NCBI GenBank assembly: GCA_964016885.1
Contig: OZ024746.1
Location: 34,844,001-34,908,000, forward strand
Source: Eledone cirrhosa
Lineage: Eukaryota
DNA: 64,000 bases
Direction: 5' to 3'
In this document: in pieces, positions 1 through 14,200 of the stretch
Layout: every line of letters starts with the position of its first letter
Position numbering within the stretch: the stretch's first letter is position 1
The notes under the pieces: generated by a model
What the model saw: only the letters and a program-made list of their open reading frames with translations
What the model was told of the DNA's origin: nothing
Database searches by the model: none
Made by a program: the position numbers and the translations under genes

Positions 1-1062
1 CCCCTATATATACACCCCCCCTCTCCCGCATCTATATTTTAATGTACCGTTGCACCGTGAATATATGTGTCTATATATATATACATATATATTGTACATA
101 CACATTCATGTATGTGTATACACACTCATGTATGTATATACACTGGTTTTATGTGTGTATTGTAAATTTGTACTGTTAAAACACGAAACTAACATTCGAT
201 TGACACTTTGATTACCTGTACAGGCAATAGTTATTAGAATGCTGTTGAAGTGTGTATATATTTTTGGGGGACATCCTGTATATACACACATTATATATAA
301 TACAATAAACAGATAAATACACACATATATATATGAGCTTATTTAATTATAAATATTGTGAATTTTTAACTCAGTTCAATTATATATATAAATGGCTTCT
401 ACAGGACTAGAACTGTTTCATTCGAAAGAAATCATCATAATATTGAGAGGGGGGACTAGATAAAATATTTCAAATCAAATGTGTATAAGTTATAAGTTAA
501 AATGTATAAATAGAGACGATAGTGGAGGTATATCTGTTTAGTGGAACGGTAGACGATAGAATTAAATACAGACGATAATCTCCCTTTAATGAAACAGCAG
601 ACGATAGAATTAAGGCAATTTAAATTTTAAGCATTTGCATTTTTGCCTTTCATCGTTACTGGGTCGATAAAATAAAGTACCAGTAATACACTGTCACTAG
701 ACGACTTTTAAATTGAATTGTTGGTTCCATTTCTTTAGTATTTTCAATTGTAGTTATCTACTTAAAAGCGTTACACGGTTAGAGACATAATTGGTAAGTT
801 ATATCTTCCCTATTAAACCATTGCATTATTTCGCCTACAATAGAACAAAAATGAAATGTTCTTTAAAGAAACAGGAATATAACTTTATAAAAAAAAAAGT
901 TGCATCCGCTTCTTTCATCATTGATAATTCTTTCGTTTTAATATTAATTGTTTTTTGTAGTTGTTTATATTAAAAATCTTACTGTAATATTTACTTAAAC
1001 GAAGGCAAACATCTAAACTTATAGATTAATCTTGAGCGAAGGACTAGATAAATCTCTCTCTC

Positions 1063-1118
<56 letters not shown>

Positions 1119-1514
1119 AACGAAGAATGATAAAATTTCAAGCAAAGAGTTTAATTAGGTATATTTTGTAATATTATTAACTAATTATTATAATTAACGC
1201 GCATATTTTGCTATCCTCAAACACGTTTACACATGGCATGAAATATAACTAATCCGAGATGGCTAGGTTTCATCTTCTAACTGGATATACGAAATCCATT
1301 ATGTCTTGAAAACAACATGAGGTAACATTATGTTATTCACAGACACACTTTGTACACTGTTCCATATCAGAATGTATTTCCTTCGTCACATTCACAAACA
1401 GTATTGAAAATATGTTCTTCGGCAAATAAAAATGTTTTGTTCATAATATTTCAACTAGCGATTGCTCTACTCCACGCACGACCACCATAAATTAATGACC
1501 AGCTCAACACAAGT

Positions 1515-1682
1515 ATTGGTAGAGAGTCAGACACCATGCTTTGCAGTATTGTTATGGTCCTTTGCATTCTAAGTTCAAATCCTGCCGAGGTTAACTTCGA
1601 CTTTCATACTTACTAATTCGATAAAATAAAGTACCAGTAATGGACTGCCGTAATGGATTTGTGCCGAAAAATAGAAACACTA
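1515..1682 (+). mobile_element. Diverged Nin/Deu-domain SINE
   Basis: gttcaaatcctgccgaggttaactt..cgataaaataaagtaccagt. A shorter fragment lies at ~635-695. Confidence 0.75.
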
Positions 1683-2236
1683 TTAATGTGCAATAAGAGC
1701 AAAATATAACGACATTGCTCAATTATTTTATCTAATGTTGTAATAACACAAGGAAATGTTGTTTGTGTATTTTTTTTTTATATTTGCTCATAGGCTTTTA
1801 CAATTTCGCTCAGCCAACAACTATTAAAAAGTGAGTTGCTTAAGATAACAATTTAATCACAAATTGTTGCTATCTTTTAATACACTCCAACAAGTTATCA
1901 AATTATGTACAATAAAAACAAATCTTATTAATTTGCTCAGGGAATATAAAGAAAATGTATATACACTGATAATTGCAATTGTATGTAAATATTTTTTTTT
2001 GTATTGTATATTTTATGTTTTCTATCATGTATAATATATTGATTTAATATTGATTGTTTTTTGTAGTTGTTTATATTAAAAGTCTGAAAATATTTTTATA
2101 CATCTTACACTAATATTTATAAGATAATTTATAATAACAATTACATAATCTAATTACATTACAACGATAATTTATTATTAATATATATCCTGTTTAACTA
2201 GAGTTATTACAAGCGTTGCCTTAAAAAAATATTAAA

Positions 2237-3192
2237 CTAGACATGAAAAATGCGCAAGCTCAAAAGTGCCACAGAATGTTATAATAAACCTTCAAAAGTG
2301 TGGGACTAGAGTTGTTGCTAAAAAATATTGTAATCATTATATATCGTACATTCTGTGGCATCCTTTATAAAAATAGCTTAAACCAACGAAGCCTTTATTT
2401 TTACGCTATTTCACTTAGTTAATTCTTAGAGTGTAACATATAAAAATAAATACATCTATGTTTAATGTAATAAGAGCTATAAATAATTACGTAATATTAT
2501 TATCATATACTCATAGTAACAAAATAATTGTGTTGAAACTTAATATGATGCTTATATGAACGATCAAATCTATAATGATAATTTCTTAAATATACTAATA
2601 GTAAAATAATTTAGTTATCTATTGTTACATTTTCATAGAACTATAATATTAACAATCGTATTGCATTATCAAATTTTTATCACTACAAACTTTCATATTG
2701 GAATTACCTTAAGCCACTTATTATTACTTCGCTTTCGTACTTTTACAGCTGTAGATATTGCGCTGTATCTTATATCTAATATCAATATCTCGTGGTAATT
2801 TGCATGAAGTGTAAAATAGGTTTATTAATAACTTTAATATGAAATGTATTATACAGGGCTGCGGAGTCGGCCAAAAATTGACTGGCTCCAACTCAGGATC
2901 CGATACTCCATTATTTCCTAAATTTCAGCTCCGCAGCTCTGTTATTATATTAATTAATTTATTTTATAGTTGTAAATCATATTTTTATATGTTACACTCT
3001 AAGAATTAAATAAGTGAAATAGCGTAAAAATAAAGGCTTCGTTGGTTTAAGCTATTTTTATAAAGGATGCCACAGAATGTACGATATATAATGATTACAA
3101 TATTTTTTAGCAACAACTCTAGTCCCACACTTTTGAAGGTTTATTATAACATTCTGTGGCACTTTTGAGCTTGCGCATTTTTCATGTCTAGT
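2237..3192. repeat. Long inverted repeat (arms ~2237-2448 and ~2979-3192), foldback/MITE-like
   Basis: actagacatgaaaaatgcgcaagctc... and ...gagcttgcgcatttttcatgtctagt, near-identical over ~210 bp. Confidence 0.92.
2854..2941. mobile_element. 88 bp hAT-like MITE
   Basis: TIRs cagggctgcggag / ctccgcagctctg. Flanking 8-mers gtattata / ttattata match at 7 of 8 positions (TSD). Confidence 0.75.
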
Positions 3193-3199
3193 AGAATAT

Positions 3200-3570
3200 T
3201 AGTCTACGACTTATTTTATACCATGAGCGTGGTTTTGTCTTCCCGTGTAATTGTTTTCACTGCACCAAATAATGACGTATTATCTTCGGTTTTTTTTCTG
3301 TTATTACCAGGGAACGTTTCCACGAACCAAAGTATCGTATTCCTGTCTTCCTTCGGTTGCAACGTTTTTTGAAATATTTACTTCTGCGTTAACAGATTGA
3401 CTTTTTTAGTTTCAGAAGATCCCGTTAAGGGTGAAAACAGCGATTCTTTGATTAAACTTTAATCTGTTATTTTAATAAATATTTGCTCGACGGTTCTTCT
3501 ATATCTGATATATATTTATCCTTATCGAGCCCTCCTTGGATTTTAGTCTTCAAATTTATTATTATTACTA
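3200..3570 (+). mobile_element. Solo pseudo-LTR fragment of the Naiad-type PLE, with HHR motif at 3408-3458
   Basis: Reverse-complement match to ~61421-61790, ending at (TA)n. Same CAGAAGA tcccgttaagggt GAAA core, with a mismatch in helix III. Confidence 0.85.
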
Positions 3571-3693
3571 TATATATATATGTGTGTGTGTAGAGTAGCG
3601 AAGTATATTGGTAGGCAAAGACTGTAAAGAAACGTACTCTATATGTTAGTAGAGTATGTATAGGTATATTCATTTTATTATAGAATTGATTTT

Positions 3694-3745
3694 TACAGGA
3701 ATAGAACTATTTCATTCGTAAGAAATCATCAATTTTACTCCTGTA
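3694..3745 (-). ncRNA. Decayed hammerhead motif (family also at 398-440, 50827-50865 and 50878-50918)
   Basis: tacagg..TTGATGA t-ttc-ttac-gaa-t GAAA tagttctattcctgta. The four copies together suggest a consensus tacag CTGATGA tttcttncgaat GAAA cagttctag TC ctgta. Confidence 0.55.
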
Positions 3746-3837
3746 GAAGGAATTTCCATAATAAAATGAATATACCTATAGTCTAATACAATATTGAATA
3801 CCTTCCTTAACAGTGTTTGATTCCCGAATTACATCGT

Positions 3838-4146
<309 letters not shown>

Positions 4147-4189
4147 TATATCCGATAGGGTGTAGTAACTATATATATATGAATTTATA

Positions 4190-4361
4190 CACGATAGGGT
4201 GTGGTAAGAACCAGCTAGACCATAACCCATGAGAGTGCTCGATACTTGGGGCAGTAGAATGGGTAACATGAACATGTTCAGGACGCCAAAGCTGAACTCC
4301 GGCCGTTTCGACTGTTCGGATCTAGCTGTCGATACCACCGGACCTCAGTCGTCGAGATCCT
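4190..4361. mobile_element. Diverged relative of the foldback family
   Basis: tgtggtaagaaccagctagaccataac..tacttggggcagtagaatgggtaa..gccgtttcgac..ggatctagc..gtcga parallels copies A-E. Confidence 0.6.
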
Positions 4362-7060
4362 AAATCTTTTCATATATATATATATATAGAGAGAGAGAGA
4401 TATAGATATATATAAGTGTGCATCTTTCTTCTGCTGCAGGGTACAGTATGCATTGATATGTATTGATATTAAATTCTCTGTGAAAATGTATTTCCTTGTG
4501 TATTTCCCTGACTAGTTGGAATATCAAGTGAGATTCTCACAAGTTACGACAAATTATTCGACAGTGTATTAAGAAACTCACGAGGTAGCTGGATAATAAA
4601 TGCTCTTCTGTGAGGTAGAACACCCTACTTCGTCTCGCAAGGGTTCGGCTCTTAATGTCTTACATTCTATGTGAACCGGGCCGAATCCAGATTATAACTC
4701 CTGTGTGCCTTTCTGCTGACGCCCTTTAGCCACTTGGATATCGTATGATAATTCTGTTCCTCCTCGACGAGATTCAGCAGAAACTTCTCGCCGTTGACTC
4801 TGATTACAAACTTTTATTTAAAGGCTTCTTGAGTTGCATTTACATTCATAGAACATAACACTGGTAGACATGGTGGCGGTGAAACCACAACAGTGTCATC
4901 TCCACGACGACCGTTTAGCGTAAGCTAAACTTTTCAAACGTTGAGGCAATGTTGATCAGTCCGAAAGATGCCACTGGCTAGGACCTTTTACAGAGATGCC
5001 ATCGACCAAATATTTCTGGGGTTAAGCAACTACAGCAACGCAACGTGTCAATATATTTCTTCCTACTAACCAACAATTTCAGGACACATGATACAATATA
5101 CTCATATATACATTTGGTTAGCCAAAAACGATGGGGGGTTTGATATAAATAACTTCATTGAACAAAAGTATACTCGAGTAGACGTGACATGTTTCTATCC
5201 ACTACACCCACAAGAATAAAAGACTGGACGTGAGAGGTAGTTAGCATAGCTATTTTCTTAAAATCCTATCATACTGTCATGGATAAAGAATTTCAGTATC
5301 TCTATTTTCTTAGAAAATATGAATGGCCACAATTTACACGTCTTTGATCATAGATATGCTAAATGAGGTTCGAACGTGGTTCAATAACAACAAAAAACAA
5401 CTACGATAATAAAAAGAAAATAAGAAATGTTACTTAGAGTTGTTCAAGGATAGATCACTTGACCATATAATCTAAAGAACAGTGAACCGCCAAATACTTG
5501 AATATATCTTTTCTGTTTAACATCAGATCAGCTTTATCTCTTAAAGCATTCCAGCAAAGGCAATTTTGTTTTTCAGGTCCCGTATATTTGCTTCTGTATA
5601 ATTCTGAGGTCGATTTTGTATTTTATATTTCTGGATTTCATGAAAGAAGGAACAGTCTAATCACAACGGACTGTTAGATTTGATCGAACGTCTGACAGAG
5701 TGCTTTCCGGTATAAGTTCACGAGCTTTCTATCTTGGGTTATAACCTGCGGCGGCCCACTCGAGTGGTTGGCTTAATACATTATCCCATTTAAAATCGCC
5801 CTCTATCCCTTAGATGCCCCGATTTTAGTTTAAACATTTTCGCCTTGTTTTCTGTTTGAGAAAGTATTATGAACGCCGGCCTTGTGACAAATAGTTTAAG
5901 ATATTGAGGGTTGTGGATTGAACGATTCGTAAGAAGTTCGTTGATAATTCCTTATGATCAGAGTAACCACCACCGTAAATTTCAAATCTCACTGAGGCCT
6001 TCATCATTCCGAGTTCGATGAAATAAAGTGCTGCCATCAATATAATCAAGTGTTCTCTATTATAACATGTCTCATATTATGCCTATATAATAAATCAGTT
6101 TGTTATTCAAGATAGTTTTGACTTCTATTTCTAGTTTATCAACGAACATACAATAGCACCCTTTCTGGCTTTCTTTGCTTGGTTGTTGTTGTTGTTATTA
6201 TTTTGATTATTGCTGTTTTAGTGATTGTAATGGTTGATGAATGTGGTCGGGGGATTTATTGTTTCTTTTACAGCGTCATGATAAAGTCCTCCTCTGAGGC
6301 AAATATGTATGAGTCTACAGTTATACGGTTGAGTTAATTTCTGAATACTCGATGAAAAATCGTAAATGTTTGCTTAATGTTGCAATTTATATAGATGGAA
6401 ATTTACGTACTGTTTTGCATTACAAAGCAATTCTCTTGATCATCGATAAGTAACGATTAAACGATGTTTCTTTTTTCTCCTTTTTCTGACTACTTCTCTT
6501 TCTCGTTTTTGTAGTTCTATTATCGGTTTTCTTTTTTTCTTTCTTGTTCATTTCATTTCACAGGGGATCATTGCCTCGTTTTAGTAAAGAGTTGATATGG
6601 TCGAACGAACTTAACCAATAATCTCATGCTTATTAACCACTTTATCGAGTAACGATTGATAAAATCGTTCTTTTCGAGTTCTGTTGTCTGATACACACAC
6701 ATACATACGCACAAAACGACTCACATACTCATAAACAAATTCAGACACACATACACCTATGCACACATATGCACGGGTACAAGTGCATACATATGTTTAC
6801 GTATATTTTCTTATTTTACTGGTTTCAGTCATGAAACTGCGACCATGCTGGGACACAACCTCAAAGAATAAAATATACGCACATCTCTCTATAAGTGGCT
6901 GTATACCTGTGAGTGTTTATGCAATCGTATAGTTGGTTTATTGTTTTCATTTGAGGTACTCCTGTGATCGCTCTCTCTTGATGAGCGCTAGGCTAGGGTA
7001 CAACAATGAACAGTCATGGATACACACAAACACACATACACACACACACACACACGCTCA

Positions 7061-7114
<54 letters not shown>

Positions 7115-8301
7115 AATCCATAAGTTATTAACAGAGGAAATAAAGAGTACTCAACACAAAAGTAGAGTCACCTGCACAATTACAGGACCACCAAACAAGT
7201 CTAAATTTTCGATAATAGATACAATATAAAGTGGGGAAGAAATGTGAGGAAATGTGGGGCTAGGTGTTTTTGAATGGTTTTGTTGCGAGGAAAATAATGG
7301 AAGTATGAAACAAGAACGCCGTAGTAAAAATAATTAAGAGAAATAAGGAAGTTATGGACATTATATATACGATGATGATTATGATAAGGTTCATAATAGG
7401 AATTTGAAAAATTAGTATCGCTTGGTGATGATGATGAATAAGGTAAATGAGATGAATAGAAAATAATGTGGGTGTGTAAGTGAGTATACATCATTTGGTG
7501 GTTGTAAATATAATATTTACTGGAAAACGGCATTACTTGAGAGAACAGTTGGTTTGATATATACAATGATGTTATAATGATAGAGTTGAAATAGGAATTA
7601 ATAAAACAACTGTAAAATGTAATGGCTTTTGTACTTTGGTTGTGGACGGAGTGAATCAAATGAAACGGTTCAGTAGTTTTCTGTTTGTCGGTCGTGATGT
7701 GTATAGGGAAGGGGTGATGTATGAGATGGTAATGGTGATGAAATAATTAGAGAGTAAATGTGATGGGTACGTGAGTGTATCAAGTATTTAGTGGATGATG
7801 GATTTACTTTAGAAAAGAAGGGTGATGAGCATGATGAATTAGATGTAGATATGAGAAAGAAAGGAAAAGGTGTTGCAGAAAGAAAAAGAAAACTAGACGA
7901 AGTAAAGGAAATGTATATGATATAAACGGTGATGATGATGGTGAAAAAAAGTAGTGAAATTAATGAAATTTATGTTGGTGTTAATGGATAAGTGGGCAGT
8001 TGAGTGTGTGTTCTTTGATGGTGGTGGATAAAAATATAGTGGTTAAATGTATTATTTCAGAACGAGTGAGTATGGTATATGCAATGAAGTTTATGATGAA
8101 GTTGAAATTAGTAAGATTATATTGATTATATTGGTATTGGCAGTGTGAATGAATATATTAAAATATAATATAAAATATAAAATATATTCTATATAAGTGC
8201 TACTACGTATGACCTGGGGTGAAATGATACTCAAAACTATTTCCGTACACCACTTCCAAGGCTTCTCTATGTATAATGTCTCTGTTATGGACAATTTAGT
8301 C

Positions 8302-8342
8302 TTCTCAGAAGAACCTGTACGTACAAGGTGAAACTGGAGAGT
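8302..8342 (+). ncRNA. Degenerate hammerhead-like motif
   Basis: tct CAGAAGA acct-gtacgtaca-aggt GAAA ctgg agag. No clear UH site. A weaker look-alike lies at 10186-10217, after the decayed PLE ORF. Confidence 0.35.
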
Positions 8343-8509
8343 AACCTGGCTCGGAACAGCCATGATATACATATACACACACACACACATTGACACACAC
8401 ACACACATATATACACACACACATCGACACGCACACACACACACATACACACATACACACACACGTACGCACGCACACACACATACACAGACACACAGAC
8501 ACACACATA

Positions 8510-10230
8510 TATATATTAGAAACAGATGTTGATATTTTAGTTAAGGTAGCGGACAAAATTATTGCAGCAATGGATATCACGAACTATATATAATTCGTCA
8601 AAACATGATAGGAGATAATAGCCATTACGAAGAGACAAACCAACATAACAATTCAAATATAAAGAAGAAATTCTGTATATGATTAAATCGGTATCGAAGA
8701 TGTTTGACGGATTAAAATTGGATTGTATAGTTAGTTTCATATGTAAAACAAGCAATTTCATAGGCTTGCCGAATGTCCATAAATATAAACAATTAAACGA
8801 AGCATGCGAAAAACCTAAATAAAAATTACGTTTTTTACGAGACCTGAAATAGAGACCTCCTGTCACTGGCCCAATCTGTTAAATCTTGCATAATCAATTA
8901 ACACACTTTTTACATAAGCTCCAGGTTTCATAAATGATGAATAAGTTCCTAAATCATTTACAAACAAGAATAAATAAAGACTCGAGAATTATTATTTCGT
9001 TGATGGGGTGAGTTTAAATAATAATATCGCACATCATTATAGAAAATAATCTACCGAATTTTGGCACGACACGTATTAATTTGAATTACCGGAGTGCATG
9101 GAAACAAATTTCGTTATACGTGGTATTAAAGTTATTCTACCGAAGAATGATTTTATGTTCGATGAACCTGTGTGTTGTCATAGAGCGAGGAAATACATGG
9201 ATTCTAAATTATCACCAACATACGCTAAGCTAGACATGGGTCACCACAGGAGAAACGTTCCTCACGTCTCAGAATAAATGAAAATTGGAAAATCTTTCTC
9301 GAATGTTTAATCTTATGGAATGACTCGTTCGATAATGTAAAGAAAATTCAAAATATAAACACACATAATATAAATACACATAATCACGATGGAATGTAGC
9401 ATGTGAGGTAAGAAAAGGATGGGTTATTAAGCCACAGCTTCAAATCAATACCTTCTGGTATTTACTATTATTTCCACATCGAGATACATGATGAAAATGA
9501 CTGATATAATTACGATATATCCTTGACCCTCCGAAAATTTCATTTAATGTTAGAGCAAAGTGGAATAAAATGATGTAAGGACAATAAACAATTCACAAAC
9601 AAAAACACACATCTATTTAACAACATACAGCCCTAGGAAAATTGGAATTTATAATTATATTCATAGAAATTTACCTATATAATTTAATTATGACGGACAT
9701 TTCTAAACATATTTTTTTAAATTAATCAGAGGTGCAAAATTTCACAAACATATTCACAATCTACGACTAACAAATTGTGAAAGATTTATTGTGAGCATTT
9801 CTGAATATATCTTGCCTTGCTTTGAATTCGGATTGTGTTGGAGAAACTTTTATTTTAAACCAGCTTCACGTCTTCATTAGGTAATCTCTTCTATGTTTTA
9901 ATGTGCTGCGTATGTAGAACTACTAACATTGCCATAATTCGCACTAGTCCACTTAAACTGATAAACTTACACCGAGAATGAATCTGAGATATACATACGA
10001 GAAATATTTCACTGATTAGAGATCGAACAAACTGCGCCGGAAGAAGTTTCCCAGCTTCAGTTGTTTTCTAATATATCAAGTTGCAGAAGACATTAGCAAA
10101 CAACAATGAATACTCAAGAAGAATTTACAAATTAACAAATACAGACCACTTTTAAATTTACAATAAAATCTTTTTAATAGAAAAACTCAGAAAAATGCCT
10201 ACAGGTGTTACTGGAGATGATAAAAGACAA
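8510..10230 (+). pseudogene. Heavily decayed Penelope-like element ORF (Neptune-like)
   Basis: Fragments [55 protein letters not shown] and a C-terminal INKYRPLLN, in the PLE order RT then endonuclease. Confidence 0.7.
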
Positions 10231-11569
10231 TTAGTATTAGTATATCAGTACAAATTGCTTATATGGTTTAACATTTAATGTCGTTAAACATACACGGCAT
10301 TCACCCCTTGATAATTCAAGAGATATATTTACAACCAAAACTAAACACTTAATTACAATTGCTGATTACACTATACAATGATTTCACATACCGAACTACG
10401 TGACTACCTGTTCACGTACATAAGCTCCCTCATTCGGTAATTATACAACACAATCGACATACAATAAACATTTGAACACGACTTTAACAATAAAACTTTA
10501 GTGATTAAACAGAAAGTCTATCAGGAGTATCAAACAACTTTACATATCCATTCGACATCAGGTAGCGTTCTACACAACTACTACAGTGTAATATCTATCC
10601 AAGAACAGTCATTGTGGGAGAACCTATTACATACCAAACATTATCGCAAAAAAATTACAATTAATATACGATATGAAAGATAACATTACAATTAAACAGC
10701 ACCAACTAAACGAATCTTCAACGTAATTGAATCTCCGCCGCCCCACACATCTAGCCAATAGAAACACATGATACCTTAAGTACTTGTATCACGAAATTAT
10801 ATAATGGGAGAATCCAATACGCATTTTGGCCTTGATAACTTGACATGAATAAGAATGATTTGAAGGAACGATGACCCCGTCCTAAATGTGAATGGAGATA
10901 TATCATCAGACACACTAGCAGAAAAACCACTCGGGTGGTTTTCTGCTAGCATGTGTAGTGTGCATATTAATATCATATGCAAATGTACATGCATGTAGAT
11001 ATGATACATCAAATAAAATCGTAATTGGCAATATGCACAGAAATTGAATAGAGACTGTGTTACACTCTCTTCTGTAAGTAAAGTATTCCATGATACATTT
11101 AAAAAAGACGATATAGACTGCGTTACGGTACAATGTAATGAAACCGTATATAACGATGCAAATATATGGATGTTTGTATAAGCGATGTAATAAGTGTTTT
11201 GATATAACGAACGCTAGCCAGAAGAGTAGACATTTGAACATGTTAAAAGAAGTAAATCTTAAAATAAGCAATCATTATATATAAGAATATTTATGTTTAA
11301 TCAACAACTACGAAATTTAGTAGATGAATTATGTAATATTAATTTATTATTTATTCAAAGTAATCTAACTTATTTTACTAACGGGATTAACAAAATAAAT
11401 ACGGAACGCAGTCCCGCACTCCTCTCTTTATTATAGTTATGATGCATTCTCTTATGAACACTTTCTTCCAGCATAAATAATAATTATGCATGGTATAAAA
11501 AATCGTGGACGGAGAACAATAATTCACGGTACGGCGCTGTGTGGAATGAAAACACCACCCTGTGTACAA

Positions 11570-12230
11570 TAAGGAGGCTAAAGATGTGATCCGAGCAAAG
11601 AATGAAACTTATAAACCTTGGCTTTGCACTCGCATTACCAGCAGGCGGGAAAGGTCGCAGCGGAGGCAGTAAAGACGTCAAAGGTTAAAACATGTTAGGA
11701 CTTTGGAGTGAGTTGGAATCCGCCTTTACTTAAAGTATTCTGCTCAACCATTCACCGATTCTGTAATAGGAAGTCATACTTCACCTCTGTTATAAGTAAC
11801 CTGTCCAGGTTTCTTTTCACGAGAGAGAGGTGCTTACCTGTGAGGTGGAGAGAACAATTTGCTGATATTTTAAATCTGCTCACCCCACCAGATTCTGGTG
11901 TACATTATGTGCATCTAGAGGAAAAGACTAATTTCTTGGATTCTAAGAATACCAGGGCAATTAAATAACTAAAACGTTGCAGGGTCCTAGGGAAGGATGA
12001 AATTCTGTCCCCAATGGAAAAAGCCGTATATATATAGAAGGTGTCCTCTGGCTAGTTCATATTGACATGTGGTGAAGATCTCTGGAAAGGCACGAAATCA
12101 AATCCAAACGGGAATGATAATCCAAAGTTTCAAAAAAGAGAGAACAGAGAGATTGCTAAGCCTCTTTAGGTAAAATCTATACTAAATGCTGATTTTATAT
12201 ACGTTGCAGAGATAATCTCGAGAATAAATA
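11570..12230 (+). pseudogene. RTE-type LINE fragment (linker and start of RT)
   Basis: AAEAVKTSK..DFG, KVFCSTIHR, RWREQFADILN, AIK.LK..GKDEI, GVLWL and QTGMII..FKK. Confidence 0.72.
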
Positions 12231-12743
12231 GGAAATATATCTAGAAAATAATATTTAATAATTTACTTTGAAGTAATGTTTTTCTGATGAATATTGAGTT
12301 ATTCTAAACAATATTGATTTCCTAATTTGCCGCAACATATGTCATAGCAGAAAGCGGCGTGCGTAACCCTTTCCTTGCGAGATCTATATAAAATAAATGA
12401 TCAAAGAAGTAGCAAAGAAAAACCTAGAGAAAGTCAGCAAAATACAAATCATTTTAATCCAACATAAGCTACAAAGCAAGTAATAATACATTATACATAA
12501 TAATCTGAAGCATATCATCCGCAAGAATAACCTGAAATGATTAAGCAAATTACAACACTAGGCTATCATGTTTTATAACACACCATAGACAATACCACTG
12601 AGATAGCTGCGCAAAACGAAAAACGTATACTATTCCCATTATTCTGACATGCATCTAGCCATCAGGAACCCATAGTAGCTACGGAAAATGCATATTCAAT
12701 ACCGCTATGATATGGAAACTTCAATATATATATATGTATATAT

Positions 12744-12805
12744 ATAGGAAAAAGTATGACCCCGACGGCAGAGCTCAAGCCGTTTCGACGGATATTTCTG
12801 GACTA
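12744..12805. mobile_element. Short foldback element family, copy B (single arm)
   Basis: ataggaaaaagtatgaccccgacggcagagctcaagccgtttcgacggatatttctggacta, stopping at the apex. Confidence 0.8.
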
Positions 12806-13904
12806 AATTAGAATGTTTAGCCTGGCAAATAAATAGCTGAACTTGTCAAGGGGTACATCCTCATATGGGAAGATTGTAATTGTCAAGAGGATTAGTCAAA
12901 ATGTATTGTAAACACAAATAAGTCTGTCATGGCATTTGGTGGGAGGTAGGTGTGGCTGAACTTGCCTGTAGAACAATGAGGGAGTGAGTGGAGCCGGTCA
13001 AGGGTTGAAAGGGAAATCTATACAGCAGATTCTAAGGATAGAGTATGAAAAGTTGAAAAATTGTTCTGGAGAAAATGGAGGAGGGAAGTAATAGAATAGG
13101 TAAGTCAAATGAGAATAGGAGACAATAAAAAGTAATAGAAAGAAATATAAAGAAAATATATAAAATTAGATAGTGAGAAATGAATAAAAAAACAAAACAA
13201 AAACAGTAGAGTCTAGAGACAGCTGCTATAATCAGTAGGTGCTGCTTGTACGGCCAAAGCTATAGAAAGGGTTAATAAGTTGAGAACGGAAAATACTAAA
13301 TAAGAAATTGTATATATATATATATGCATAAATCATCTTAATTTAAAAGGAATTGCTACGAACAACATCCTCTGCAACTGATCATTCCAACCCTATCAAA
13401 TCCATAATATCTAAACCAGTGCAACAGTTTAACGTTGTTATAGTCCATCGAAAACAAGTTGAAGAAGCAGATCATCATTTATGTGTTTGCAGTTGAGGAA
13501 ACCACCACCTCAAACACATAAAGCCTTTGCCAATGTTCATTATTGCACCACTAAACCACACTCATTAAAATGCAAGACTGATTTAGAACATTAAACTCAA
13601 CCTCCAAAATATTCCTTTAGTTAACGTTAAGGATAAAAAAAAACAAAGACACAAAAAACAAACAAACAAACAAGTAAAAGCCTACTCTCACTGTTTTAGA
13701 TTCCATCTTACATTTGATTATGGTATCTTAGGAAACAACGCAAACATATGTCCTAGCAAAGTACCTCTGCAATTTATAATAAACATAGTCCTAGAATCTG
13801 CAATTTGGTGGATAGGATCTCACATGGAAGCGCTTATTCACATAATCTTTATATGCATGTTTTACCAAAGAATATGTCCCATTAGCTGATGTCATTACAC
13901 CCCC

Positions 13905-14200
13905 TAGGGTAAAAGGATAACGAACCGCTTCTGTCACAAATGACCATGGGAGTTGAACCTAGATAATAACACTCCGACGTGCAAGTGGGGGAAAGTTACT
14001 ATTGCGTAAGACCAGCAGTTGCCCACGCTATTGATGTTATCTAAGGGAAAGTCAAAGACACCCACAAATATGCACCTTTGTAGTCATGAATAATTTCTGT
14101 AGCTGAGTATAGTAAAACAAGTGAATTGCTCAAAGATTCAACGCATCGCCTGGTCCGGGAATTGAACTCATAACCTCAGGATTGCGAACCATTAAACTTC
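13905..14200 (-). mobile_element. Diverged copy of the same SINE
   Basis: Reverse-complement similarity to 20851-21180 (gaccatggga, aagaccagcag, agctgagta, gggaattgaactc B-box). Confidence 0.6.

Noticed and set aside
2993-3027. Hammerhead-like tacact CTAAGA..GAAA t agcgta in the 210 bp inverted arms
   Set aside because: G5 is missing, helix II is poor and there is no helix III or loop, so it is too degenerate to call.
7130-8090. Minus-strand ORF with SHLPYSSSSP, reminiscent of a PLE thumb motif
   Set aside because: Low-complexity, strand-biased sequence with no other RT motif found. It may be an ancient PLE but cannot be supported.
13690-13765. IPSY..GILGN..LAK resembling a LINE RNase H tail
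   Set aside because: It needs frameshifts over a very short stretch and has no supporting neighbouring motifs.
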